Shown piece by piece: positions 1 through 53,268 of a stretch of DNA of 64,000 bases (positions are counted from its first letter, which is position 1; the number at the start of each line of letters is the position of its first letter). The notes under the pieces are model-generated. The model saw nothing but the letters and a program-made list of their open reading frames with translations. It was not told the origin of the DNA and ran no database searches. This stretch comes from Amoebidium appalachense. Its lineage: Eukaryota > Protista > Ichthyosporea. Where the stretch lies: assembly GCA_963693365.1 (NCBI GenBank), contig CAVNZM010000001.1, forward strand, positions 19,538,125-19,602,124. Reading direction: 5' to 3'. The position numbers and the translations under genes are program-made.

Positions 1-774
1 CAGTCACGGTGTCGATATATGAGCAGTCGAACCAACTTGCTGCTGCAGCATCATTGTAAGACTTAATCTTCAAAAATTATTCTGCAAAGATTTTTGAAGG
101 TTCAGGGCAGCCTGCAATGGTACCTGTAAGAAGCAGAATTATTCTGCTCAATCTCCGAGAACGGGATTATTCGAAAATCTGCCTTCAGATTTGAGGAGAA
201 TTGCATGGGCGGCAGCATAATAAATCTCTTCCAGACTTTAAACAGTTCTAGAATCGTAGAGTTTAGCAGAATCATCTGGAGAATTGTTCTATGCCGTAGC
301 AGAATAATTATGCTTCCAGTGAGTTATTCAGAAAACGCAGGATATCGGCTGCAAAAGCAGCATCATGCTAAAAAGTAGGGGCAAGCGTAATTATTCTGCA
401 AAACGCAGATAATGCGCATTGCCCCGGCTGCACTTGTGTGCACGTATCACGACGGTCTCGTGTAGGCAGTTGACGTGTTAGCACATGTGTATGCGTGTGT
501 GCGCGCGCGTGCGTGTATGTGTGTGTGTGTTGCCATGTGTGTGTATGCATGTGTGTGTGCGTACGTGCGTGCGTGCGTGAGTGTGTGAGTGCGTGCGTGC
601 TGGTGTGTGTTCGTGTGTGCGTGTGTAAGTGCGTGCATGTGCGTGTGTGCGTGTATGTGTGTGTTCGCGTGTGTCACACGTGTGTGTGTCTGTGTCTGAC
701 TGTGTTCTGATACCTCCGCTAATAAGACTCCCCCCCCCCCCTCCCCCCCCCCAAAAAAAAGAAGAAAAAAAAAA

Positions 775-777
<3 letters not shown>

Positions 778-851
<74 letters not shown>
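778..851. repeat. (GA)n microsatellite
   Basis: Seen directly. Confidence 0.98.
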
Positions 852-856
<5 letters not shown>

Positions 857-1403
857 AAAAAACGTTCGCGGGGCATGTTTTTAAATCAAAATGTTTTTGG
901 ACAGCCTGTCGTGTTCTTGCAGCCCTCGGCTGGGGCGGTGGGATGGGGTGGAGGGGGGCGGGGAGGGGGGAGGAGGGGGGAAGGGGGGGGGGGAAGGGGG
1001 GGACTTGGAAGGGAGGGAGGAGGTGGGGGCGGGGCAAGGGGGGAAGGGGGGGGGGGGGGGGTCGGAGGAGGTTGCGCGGCGCCCACAGAAGGGGGTGAGG
1101 GGTGGGGGGTGGGGGTTTGGGGGGGGGGGGGGGGGGGAGGGGTCGGCCAGGCCTCCGATAATTATAAGAACATCCAAAGGTTTGCCCATGGTGCACAGTC
1201 AAGAAGTTGCTAAACCTGAAAAAAAAGGGTTTGGCCGATAGCATATTCTATTTGCGGATGGTATCTCTGCTATCAGGTCTTAGGCCTGGCGTGGGTCGGC
1301 TGAAGAATGATTCCTCTTGGCAATGTGCGGGAACAAGAAAGAAAAAGTGCAGCCTTGTGTCTGTGTGTGTGTGCACGCGCTTGTGTGTGTGCTTTTTTTT
1401 TTT

Positions 1404-1454
<51 letters not shown>

Positions 1455-1455
<1 letters not shown>

Positions 1456-1565
1456 GGGGTAGAACGTGTGTTAGTGTTACAGAGCGCAAGGTACGCAAAC
1501 ACGAAGAACAGTGATTGAATCTGCAATGCAAACACAAAGAATGATGCATAATAGGCAGAGCCCGA
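1455..1565 (-). mobile_element. Possible distant copy of the same repeat family
   Basis: Follows poly-G and contains atgcaaacacaaagaatgatgcataataggcagagccc, similar to subfamily B atgcataataagcagagccc. Confidence 0.45.
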
Positions 1566-1775
1566 GGTACTTTTGCACCACAGCCACACCACAGAAGGGG
1601 TTAGTGCAAAAATTCCGTTATTTTAATTTTTTTTTTTTTAATAAACTCAGTGTAGATGTTTGAACTGGCACCGAAGGCCTGCATGAAACGTACATGTATC
1701 GGACAATTTGTTGCACTGAGACTTAGATCGAACATATCAATAGTATTGAGTTCTCTTTATCATGAATATTCCAAA

Positions 1776-1812
1776 CTAGCCTGTACGGCCCCGCCCTCGC
1801 GGGCGGGCCTTA
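1776..1812 (-). mobile_element. Helitron-like 3' terminus
   Basis: Minus strand reads GGCCCGCCC-GCGA-GGGCGGGGCC (hairpin), then GTACAGG, then CTAG followed by T. This matches the canonical Helitron end; the 5' end was not located. Confidence 0.55.
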
Positions 1813-3534
1813 TACACCACACCATTGCAACGACATAAGAAGCCTTAGAGAAAGAAAAGGGAAAAAAAGAGAAAAAAGGAGAAGAAAAAATAGAGGGAAA
1901 ATGAAATAAAAGACTGGGAATGAAAACAAATAAAAAGTAGTGCACATGGCATTGCAAATATGGGGCAGCGATCCCATCAACATAGCGCACGGCCTGTCCT
2001 TATCCACGGTAGGCGTTATACCGATGGTTTTTACCAAGGCGGTTCGTTATCCCATCTTATGCGGAGATACCCAAAATCCACAATTGAGATAACCTGGGAT
2101 ACTGAACTATGGACCAAATGTATTTTTGGTATTTTTTTAGGATACTTTAGTGTCATGAATGGAAATAGTGTTATTGAATAGTTTTACACAATTGCGGGTC
2201 GACTTGCCCTTGAAGTTGTAAACATATCCAAGAATGCTTGCCGCCTTTTACTGATATTAAAGAGGGTTGTGCCAGTTTCGCGTCATGCAAATTCACCCGC
2301 ATTTTGTATGTGATATAATTATTATAATATTTCTCAAAAAAATTATTTTCAATATTAGTTATCAAAGAATTTCTACAAAATGCTTACTTTTGATACACAT
2401 CACTTTTTATATTGCATGAACATGCAATTGAGTTCTCGTTTTTTTCAACGTCACTTGAAAAAATCGGGCACCAAATCTTGATAGCGGATCCGTTATTTCA
2501 AATATCATGCCGTCGTTGATGTTATAGAGGGTTAGGCCGCCGCGCCCTTAATGTATCAGAACCCAAAAATAACGCGCAACAATGTTATCCAAACAAAACA
2601 AATTGAAGAATTTGTGTTTTTTTTATTATTAGTTATACAGATTACAAAAGCCCGTCAAACTGCCTATAGCTCCGTAAATGCGCGGACATCATATTGAGCT
2701 CTCTTTATTATCAACATTCATTTGAAGATAACGGAAACGTAATTTTGGTAGTGGGTTACATTCTTGTCTTTCAAAACTTTTAAAGCAATGTATCTGGATC
2801 CACTGCATAGCTGATCTTTATCCAATCACCTTTTCATAATCCCTACCAGTAAGCTGTTGTCATCAGTTCTGGCGACTCAAACCGGTACATGCAGGAACCG
2901 GCTAACGACACATTTTAAACATGTACGATATGCTGGGATCTTGTTTTTAAAAAGTTAGGGTATAGTACATATTAGCTGGTGTTTGTTGCTCAGAGCCTTA
3001 GCAGCACGAGAGTAGCTAAAAGGGTACTCCCCCTCCCCCCCCCCCCAAAAAAAAAAAGGGGGGGGGGGGGGGGGGGGGGGGGAGAGGAGGATATGGGGGA
3101 TTTAGAGGAGAATGTGGCATCCGGATATGCCCTGCCTCTGGGTGTTGAATCTAAATAAGCGGGTTGGTGGTGGCGAAAAGTCCTGAGAATTTGGCTGATG
3201 CAGTGATATGAGTCATATAATGACCATAATATTAGGGCCTCTAATCTATTCGAGGGTCTAGGGAGATTGATTTGCTGAGTCAAAACTACAACCTCTGGGC
3301 CCTTCTGCAACATGTGATGTTCTCGTGTCAGCCCCTGGGGAAGGGTGGGGGTGGGTGGTGGGGGTATAGTATTGCAGAAAATAATCGATAAAGATGATCA
3401 TAATGCTTGGAATGAAAAAAAGGCCAGAGCAGAACCCACTACGCCATCGCTATGCTTAACATTCCCATTATGGTGGGGGGGTAAGTTACAACCTTAATTA
3501 ACGAAATTTCTTCGACAGCCAGTCAGCAAACCAC

Positions 3535-4590
3535 TCATATCTTAGCTTTTTTTGCAGCAGGGCTCTCAGGCATGTTAAGCAACACAGAGCCATCAGCAAG
3601 CCACACAGCAATAGTGCCCTTGTACACGACCACCCCTCCAACATTCTGCCCAAAATCATGCGACTCGATTGCCGGCTCATCACCTTCCATATCAACCAGA
3701 AACAATTGGTGTCCGGCAGCAACAACTAACCGCATCGGGTCGACCTGCTTGCTGCAATGCACGGGCACCTTGCCATCCAGAATATTTTCAATTTTCGGCT
3801 CTGCTGCCGACATTCTTTCGCGTATGTTGTCGATGGGGTAGGGTTTGGCGGGCCTAAAGCACACGGGTTGGCTGCCGCGTCCGATGTTCATGTAGGTGGA
3901 GATGTAGCACAGGTCTTTGCTCGTGTTGACCCACACAAGGAACAGTCTGTCTTCATGTGTGTATGTGCAGCATTCCCACCCGTCCGTGAACCGTTCGGTA
4001 CCTTCCGCAGGTTTGTCGTGGATTTTGCAAATAATCTTGCCATTGGAACCCGAGTGCAAACGAACCTCAGTGCACTCAAGCTCATCCATAACCGCTGTCG
4101 ACACAAAATAATTGCCGTCCAGTATGGTCATAATGCCGTTTTTGGCCATGGGATTTCCATTCGCCACCACGTGCCTCCACACAGGCTCCTCATCCTTCCC
4201 CACCACCGCACCAAAAAACACCGTGTCCGGATATTCCCCTTTAACCTTTTTGTCGCCGTGATATCCTCCCTGCTCACCACCAGCATCTTTTTTGCGAGAC
4301 CCGTAAATTCGATGCAGCCATCAAAGAAAAACGAATCGAGCTTTTTCTTCGATTGCAAATCAAACGAAACCATCTGGTACTGTGTCGGTAGCACCGCGAA
4401 AATACCGTCTGTGCTTATCGGCCCCAGCCCGAATTTGTATTGTCCGTGCTCCACGCGCCATTGAATTGCGGGCTCTGACCCGGATAAACTCCATACGACC
4501 ACTTCTTTCTCGCACACCCCTGCCAGGGTTGTTTCGCTCATGTCCAACCCGAAGATGGGGCCACCTTGGTCGTCTGGCTTGTGGATAACT
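3535..4590 (-). CDS. Large terminal exon of a beta-propeller (WD40-like) protein, interrupted by a -1 frameshift between 4128 and ~4320; ends PAAKKAKI*
   Basis: Acceptor ...ACACACAG| at 4591 is followed by VIHKPDDQGGPIFGLDMSETTLAGVCEKEVVVWSL (WD-like blade) in the frame of ORF 4128..4547. The sequence continues in the -1 frame (ORF 3535..4221) with beta-strand-rich blocks ending GGVVVYKGTIAVWLADGSVLL. Non-repetitive and coding-like. The fold call is from pattern only. Confidence 0.6.
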
Positions 4591-7789
<3,199 letters not shown>

Positions 7790-7869
7790 CTTGCTGTGTA
7801 TTAAGCCCTCTTGAAGCTTACGAGTCTGTTTTCGTTCGCAACCTCTATGCCAGAAAAGATGAAGCAGCC

Positions 7870-7921
<52 letters not shown>

Positions 7922-8002
7922 ACAAACAGCGTTCTGTGTCGGGGCTGAACTCGTGAAAAACTCCTTTCATGTCTCCCTTGCGTCAAGGCCGGGAGTTTGA
8001 AG

Positions 8003-8054
8003 TTTGGCGGGATCGTGAGCCCTTTGTGATTGGCCCCGTTCGCTTTTTGGCGGG
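8003..8054 (-). promoter_or_regulatory. Putative promoter: two E2F-like TTTGGCGGG sites flanking a CCAAT box
   Basis: TTTGGCGGG at 8003-8011 and 8046-8054, ATTGG at 8029-8033, about 200-400 nt upstream of the candidate ATGs at 7789 and 7642. Confidence 0.4.
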
Positions 8055-8764
8055 CAGCTGCGGGCAGCAGAATAAGGGCCCGCTCGAGAGCATCAGGGGT
8101 CACCGACGTGACGGTCTACAGCACAGTTGGGGGTTTACACACTTTTTATTGCGTGGACACTGCCGGAGGCCCAGCCACATTCGACGGCCTACTGCGTTTT
8201 CCAGCACAGCCATCAAATGCAGCCAGTGACATATGTACATGCTAGGCAACAATGAGCGCCATCGTAGTATATGACACCCCTATTACATATTATGGGTAAG
8301 CACAGGCTAGCATCGGTAGCTCCGAAAGAAAGTTAAGGCACCGGATCACAATATCATACTGTGCAACATTAATAAGGTGATCTAGGATAGTCATCTTAAA
8401 ACGGATATATTGAGGAAGAGAGGAAGAAAAGAGAATAAAACCGCCAATAACCTCCGTACAGTAGTTCTGCCTTGGCTTATAGCCTACAATGGCGTTTGCT
8501 TCGAATCGGGCGAGCCGATGCACAGATGTGGAATTGTGTATGTGCGTATGTGTAGTGGGTATTTGTGCGGGCGTGTGCGGATTTAGTATTTTTTTTTGCC
8601 CGCCGCCGCGCGCGCGCCGCGGCGGCGGCGGCGGGGGGGGGGGGGGGGGGGGGGGGGGGGGCTAGGGGGACAGGATCGATTGAGCGCCCGCCCGCACGTG
8701 ACACTGTGATAATGATCACGTGTTACACATGTGTGCAGGGGAGGGGGAGGTGGGGGGGGGGGGG

Positions 8765-8870
8765 AGTGAATGCGCCATTACTACGGTCCTAACAACGGAC
8801 AACTCCGATGGATGCAGAGTGCAAACCACACAATGAGCATGCATGAGAGGTATTAGAGCCCAGCCTCAGG
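8765..8870 (-). mobile_element. Diverged subfamily B copy
   Basis: After a G-tract: gtgaatgcgcca...aacaacggacaac...atgcagagtgcaaaccacac...agagcccagcctcagg. Confidence 0.65.
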
Positions 8871-9036
8871 TACGGTCCACATCATGTACTGATTGTAGTT
8901 GGCGGAGGCCCTTGTGATGCGAGTGATACTGTGAGAGCATATGGTCCGCCACTGGCACACAAAAATGTGTCACCTGTACAAAAGCCCATCCTTATCTAAA
9001 TTCAACCCGCCCACACCCAAAGAAGGGCCCCGCAAG

Positions 9037-9070
<34 letters not shown>

Positions 9071-9461
9071 GGGAAGGGATGAAATATAATGCCGGCCTGG
9101 CTTGTGTGAGCATACAATAGAGTAAAGATATCCTGAGTTGTATCGTAGCTCACGTTGTCGATGGGGCAACTCATTTGTCTCCGAAATGTTAATAAGCTTC
9201 AGTGTTTATTAAAAAAAAATAGAGGAACCACCCAGTAATGTGCAGAGGCCCACGAGTCAAAACATAGCAAATAATAACCACCATTCTTCGCACTCACATT
9301 AACACCGTGTCTAGATCTATCTGCGCACAATACCTCAGGCCCCTACTACCTAACGACATGTATATGCAACCTATCCCACCAGAAACTAATCACACTAGGG
9401 TGTGAGACCAGCACACCCAGAGCCACAACATGCACAAACACACAGCCTGGCCATGTGCCTT

Positions 9462-16730
<7,269 letters not shown>

Positions 16731-18136
16731 CTTTGCCTACCCCCGGGAAAAAAAAAGAGCCAACTACAGAGTAAACCTAAAAACTATATAATATTCCCTT
16801 TCCTAATAGTAGAACGAGCTAAGGGTTTGCTCCCCTTTTCTCTTTTCTCTGCCAGCTGGTCAGAAAGGTTTTGGGTTTTTGCAAAAGCTTGCCGCTCGCA
16901 GACTTGCAACAAATCGACGATCTAATGCCCATAAAAGGAAAGATCTCATTTTGAGCCAGGGTGTTCCCAAAAAGGCTAATCTTAGGGCAAGCGCTGATTC
17001 GTTGATAGCTCTCTCTAAAAATATCAGAGAGCTCTGATTGGCGCAAGATCTTGGCTCCTCATCGCCTCCCTCCTGCCTTGCACCTTGCTGCTGTCACGGC
17101 ACAGTTGCAGTCAAAGTTGTTTGAAGGCTTCTGCTGTCTGTGTTGTGTGTGGCTCTGGTCTTTGTCAGATAAACATCAGTTATGCCGAGTAGACGGAATA
17201 CTGAAAATAAAGCCTACCGAAACCCTGCTTGCTATCTTTTTTGATGAGCTCTGTTAGCCCTTTTGCTCAACAGCTGGTAGCAGGTGTTTACCCTCGCACA
17301 ATGGAGCAAACATCGATCACAGCCGGCCGGTTTGTTCGGTACGTTGGTTTGTTGTATGTAGTCCTAGGGCTCGAAGGATGAAAGCTTCCTAGCTGCTTCT
17401 TGGAGGCCCATGGGGCACTGATCAAGCACCGATACAGGGACTCTTTTTTCTGACTTTTATTTGTGTCTCATTGCCAGGGTGGGAATATACGGTGAGCTCT
17501 GACTAGTGGACCTGCACTGCTTTTTCTGTTCTGGGGTTGCTGGGCCAGGCTGTGTCTGTCTGTATCTGCAACCTCTAAGGGCGTTTTCGTTACATTTCCT
17601 TATCTATTGTGTAAACAGCTTCGGACTGACCTTACAGTTGCAGTGTTCAAAAACAGAAGCTTTCAAAGTGATTACCAAATTAACAAAGCCCAGATCCCTC
17701 GTAATCTTCAGAGTTTCATATCCTCCCTTCTAGATCTTTCCCCTCCCCGTAACTATTGAAGTGCTCAGTTGAGAAACCGTGAAACCAAAACTGTAAGGAT
17801 CAACCTTCCTGCAATTAGTGAGACAGTGAAACACGTATATTCACTCACATTCGTGTATGTACCAAGCCAAGCCTAACGGATGCACAAATAAATGGCAGGC
17901 AAATATGTAACGGTGTCCTGGAAGGTAGAATAGGGAGGCACAGGTGCCTGCCCATTACGGCACTGTAAATAGTAATGATTCGGAAGGAAGTAATTACCCT
18001 AACGACTACACCTTTACGGAAATTTTATAGTCTACGCAGTTCAAGAGCGGTAGTTAGCATACATCAGGCATACATCACATCATACGTATTTGCATTCTAT
18101 GACTTCAGGTTTTTTGAGCCACCAGCCCATATCCTC

Positions 18137-40422
<22,286 letters not shown>

Positions 40423-43160
40423 TTTCTTTCTTCTCCTCGCGCTTAGATTTTGGGGACATGATGGAACCCTTCTTGTCTTCGTGTTTTGTTCGTGGTGAGG
40501 TCCCTCCCGCCTCCTTCTCTTTCTTTGGGGAGGTTGCCCCACTGTCTGCGTCTTTGTGTGTTTTCCCCATGCTGCCGATTGCTAGCCGAGCACATAAATC
40601 GGCTCTATTAGAGGCAACTGAGAATTCGGGCTAACTGGATGCCATGGGCGACCCGTTTCCCGAACGGTGGGGCAGTTGGTGCAAACGTAAGGGTTGCTAT
40701 GGAACAGCCATGGGGTCAGAGAGGCAGCTGGGGTCCAAGGCGGACACCAGGGGGCACTTGAAGAACCAGTTATGCTGATTCACAAAATGTGGGCCCTTGT
40801 GTGTGCACCAAGAGAAAAGCAACCCGGACGTAGCGAAGAAAAGAGAGGGATCGCTGGTTAGCGACCATGCAGAGTCGCCTGGATCGCGTAACCTGAAAAA
40901 AACACTGTCAGTGCCAAGGCAAAACCCACACAAGAAGCAAATGTTAGACCACCTCCGGCTGAGCAGATAGGAATACTCAGAAAGGCGTACCGTCATCTTC
41001 TGCAGCTCGGCACGCCTCTCTCTCACTCAAATCGTTCCAACAACACCCCAAATCAGATCTTCCCGCCCCCTTGCAACCAACATGCAAGTGGGCAAAATAT
41101 TGTGAACACGACTCAGCGTTTCCCTCAAACTTGCCTTCAGAGAGAGACTTAAAGCATTCATCTCCCACCCATGCAGACGACAAGCCCGTAATAAACACAA
41201 AAAAGGCGCCAAGCATGAACTTACTGCCGTGCAATTGGCTTAGAGGCACAAAATACATCAATTGTCAGCGCGGGAGGCTATACACTACGCGCTAGTGTGC
41301 CTTTGCAGTGCGTGTGTCTGCTCATGCAAATGCAAGCACGAGAATGTGACCTGGTTGTGTTACCTCTCTGAGTGTGCGGTAACTAATCCTGTCTTGCACA
41401 ACAATCAAGCAGTTCCGCGAAACCTAGCCATGAGAGTCAGGAGGTCAAGGCAAAATAACGCTTTTGCAGCTCAATTGATGTGCTTCTGTCCTCGCATATG
41501 TGTGCGGAGTTGTTTTCGAGCTGCTAGTCCCGTGCAACCCCACAACTTGATTTCCCACGCACCTCTGGTCTTCTTGTTGCCCCGGGTTATTTCACTTGGT
41601 GGTCCAGGAGAACTCCTTTTTGAATACCTATAAGGTGTTAATAAGTCCACTAACTGAATGTCACAAACATAGCTGTTCCGTTTGTCCTTTCTTCGGAATT
41701 CAGAAGTACTTTACTCCCTCCCTCGCATCACTTCCAGTCACCATACTAGAGTATTAACAGTTTCACGATGAGAGCGGTATGCGTGCCTAAGATTAGAGCT
41801 CATCGCGCACACCAAATCTCACTTGCGTATCAGACTGTTATGCCTTGTGTTATACCCTTATTCTAAATCAAGCTTCCACTTCACGGTAGGCTGATTTTAC
41901 TCACGTTTTCCTCTTCACCTGTGGCACCGCTTGTTTGCGTTTTTGTGTCGCCCGTCATCATGACTTCAGCAAATATAGCTATCCTAGAATTTCTGCCTAG
42001 ATAAATCTTGCAGATAACCAGCTCATCTAAAAAGCATAGCCAAGCCTATATGCAGCTTCCAGCAACAGACTTTTGCCAAGCCACGTTGGTTTTTCAGGCT
42101 TCTTTAGATTTCTTTCGGCTCAAAATATAAAAGAACTATTTCTTGTGTCTAGTAACCTAGATGTGGCAACGTGCCAAAAATGCGCGGGACAACTTTTACA
42201 CATATTGATATATCAAATAAATAACTGACTGATATATGTTCTATGAGCCGCGCGGTCCGATCGATATCCGGCAACTGATTTTGTTACGCCACGCGTGCAC
42301 AGGCAACACAGCACGGGCGTGATACTGAATGGAAACCAGCCGTCCAAGCTGGCAGTCAAAGCAAGAAGCATGTTTTTCTAGCTTACAGTCATGAACGTCA
42401 ACCACCGAAGAAGAAATGAAGTCATGGAATCAGGAATATGCGCTTCTGATTTCTGCACCTGTCCCTTTTCGAATGTGCTCCTCGCCGGGTGTCAAATTTG
42501 GTGGCAAAGGGCATCGGACCAATGCCTCCTATGTAAACGAGGCCTTGCATCGGACACACTTGGTACTAGCACGCGTACACACTTGGCACCAGCACGCAGA
42601 TCGACACGCACGCATATATATGCACGCACTGCGTCCCGTGAACACACTTTTAAGAGCTTACAGAGTGGTGTGTACACTCTTCGCACTGCAGTGCGTGCAC
42701 TGATCACGAGGATGTTGCGATTACATAGTCGTAGGGCAAAAGGGTATTTGAGCAACGAAGACGCAATGATTATCATAATCATGGGGCATAATGATTGATG
42801 AGCAGTGGCCGCCTTTGAGCTCTGTTAACTGCAAGGAACCACAAGGCATTTTTGTCTAAGACAAGAGCAAAACCAGCTTACTCCCATCACTCCAGCGCAA
42901 AAAGCATAAGGCTACTGGACATAATACATCCTCAACTAGCTATTTTATGTTACAAACGCACCATGCGGCTCTTGTATGGCCCTAATGAAACCCCACCCCC
43001 GCCCCTTATATTTGCATCGCGTATATCCTTAGGCTGAGCCACTGCGCTTATAATTTCTTTCATAACGAACCGTGCTTTCTATGGTATATCATATGACCCG
43101 GATTCCTGCTATATGGTAAGTTTATTCCCCATCCAAGTCCTATGGACTAAATGGTAGTGA

Positions 43161-50710
<7,550 letters not shown>

Positions 50711-51507
50711 AGCATGGGTTAAGTGACGTATTGTGGGCGTAGGGATGAGGTACACGCAGGCCATAGCAAACATAGCATGGCAACAGGCATCCTGAAAGGG
50801 GGCTGCAAGCTTGTGGGGTGGTTGTGAAACAGTGGTTAAAGCCGGTCAAAGAGGTAACGTGGGAGGTGGACGTCCTGTGAAGACTGGGGTAGACTCGCAA
50901 CACAGCATGGGAATGGCACAAGAGAACATCGCCAAGCAAACACGTACGTGGGAGAATTGGGAAGAAAGTGGTGGTGGGGGTGGGTGGGTGGGGGGAGAGG
51001 AGGGGGAGAGGAGGGGGGTGAAGGTGGGAGGGCAGGAGCAGTGATGTGGTCGTGAGAAATTCAGGAGCTAAAGTGAGCTGAATGGGCAACTGGGCCACAG
51101 AGCAACCAGCACGAGAATGCTTGGGTGCCAGTCACCCCTTTACTACGCTAGTTTCATTGCAGGAAATCCGGGGGACAAAGAACGCAGACGTTAAACGTGA
51201 GTATTCCCCGTGGCTTAAAACAGGTCTACTCTCGGCGACAATGCTTGCCTCCTTGACTCTTTACCTTTGAAGAGACCCATGGCGAGTTACGTTCTGAACC
51301 CCTGCGGTCCTGTAAGCTTTCCAACACTAACCTATACTTTTCTATCCCTCTCTACATCAGTTAGAGGTCACTCAACCGCTGAACAAAAAACCTTTTTTTG
51401 TTTTGGCTTGTTGTTGGGCGAGAGCGGCTCTGTCAACAGCTGAAAAGCGGAAAAATACTGCCAAATGCGGATACTTAACCTGATATGGGCATTGGGTTAT
51501 TATAATC

Positions 51508-51560
51508 GCCCAATCAGCACGTTGCGGTGATTCGCGTGGCCGGTTCAACAGCCAATAAAA
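51508..51560. promoter_or_regulatory. Tandem CCAAT boxes in the divergent transglutaminase/NMNAT intergenic region
   Basis: gcccaatcagc (~51508-51519) and agccaataaaa (~51550-51560), about 40 nt apart. Confidence 0.3.
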
Positions 51561-53268
51561 TCCATGCGCTCTCATCTGTTGCCTGTTTACATTACCCTAG
51601 TCTAGAGAGATTTACCACTTGTAAGTGCACACCAGTACTGCATAGGCTGGTGTTCTCAAGTTGGCAGTATCAGCCAAGATGTTGGCTGGCTGATAATACA
51701 GGTAGTTTCAACTGTATATATAGTAATATAAAACTTTATCAATTGTTCACACCAACGCGCTACATCAGAGACATCATAGTACTGTCTATGGTAATAGCGT
51801 TGCGTTCATGACATCAATTGGTGGCTACTGACCCCCTAGATCGGACACATATCTGGTGCCGGCCGCGGTTGTGACCCGCCGGCCCGGGTTGCCTTATGAG
51901 ACCAGGGTTGGGCTGGGGTTCGCCAGCTTAACCGTATCGCCCTTTGGCCAATCGTAACGGACAATTTCTTAATCGTAACGGGGTGGGTTCTTGGGGAGCT
52001 GCAAGCCCCGCCAAAAACGCCCCTCCAGTCGCAAAATTCAAAATACGTGTTTTTACAAATTGAGTACCGCAAGATTACAAGCCCTGAAAACTTATCGGGG
52101 CTCGATATTGCACATGAGAAGCTCTGTAGATATGTTCTTGGGGGGGAATGTGCTGTTCTTGAACAGAAATATTGAAAAAATAGGGAAAATTACATATTCA
52201 AACGTTTATAATGCTACACACTTGATACGAAAGCTGTTACGACGGTACCCTGACCTTATTCGTATCGGGGACTGTCGTTAATCGTAATTACGACGATTTT
52301 TTTTCGAAATCCCTACCCTGCATGAGACTCACGGGCCTGACCTGGCCAGCCGGGCACGTGCAGGCCTGGTAGAAGCAAGCACTTGCATCAAGTTGCATGG
52401 TGTTTATGTAGGTATGTCTTTTTTGGACATCAGCCCCCGTGGTATCGGTGAGCCCCAAGTTCATGAGGCGATGCTTAGCAAATATAGGTGAGCACACAAG
52501 TGCCACCAGTGGATGTCCCATTCCACGTGCATCGCGCGTCGGGAGAAACGGTTGGCAGCGCCCGGTAATGTATGCTGCAACGAACGCATGCTATGCACAC
52601 ACATGAGTGCGGCCGCTTCTCTGTGTAGAAGCTAACTGTATAAAACCCGCTAGGGGAAAGTGAGTGCGAACTCAAGAATCATGCACGTAACTACATACGT
52701 ATATATACGCGCATGCTAATAATAAAGCAACGTCAACACTGTTCGCTTGCCATGGGATCGAAAGTTGACGAAACGCAATACTATCTGCCGGCCCAGCCGG
52801 CCCAGAAAAAACCCTTGCGGTAAGAATATACGTTTGGGGGAGGTTTATTTGCACGCATCGGGTTCCCGCACCACCTTCTGGTCCCGACTCCCGACTCCTT
52901 TGCAAACGTGGCAAGCTCAGTCTTCCCAGCAGTGACTGCAGCTGGTGCAAGGACATGCCGATGTCGGCCCGATGATGTGCGCCGCCTGCGATTGGTTCGA
53001 TGTGCACCAGATAGACCATATATGGTTTAAATCAATAAAGGCATATCAAATGTCATGTTGCCCAAAAAAAGAAAACTTTGACCTTGAACATTTTGACTGT
53101 CAGAACACCGTTCAGCATACTGCACCTCTTTAGAATACGTGAGTATGGCGTACCATTAACGTTAACAGCTCACACACATTTGTGTAAACGTTTCCACCCT
53201 GGGCCATTCCCCCTTGAGTTACGCAATCCGTTCTGAGCTGTTGTCTTTGAGCTCAAAGAGAACGCAAA

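Noticed and set aside
3535-4590. Long intronless ORF as an endogenised viral or bacterial gene
   Set aside because: It has an upstream splice acceptor and an NLS-like tail, and no viral hallmark motifs were recognised.
51835-52290. CTAG plus GC hairpin and repeated AATCGTAAC motifs as a second Helitron or MITE
   Set aside because: Spacing and the flanking base do not fit the Helitron rule, and there is no second copy in the window.
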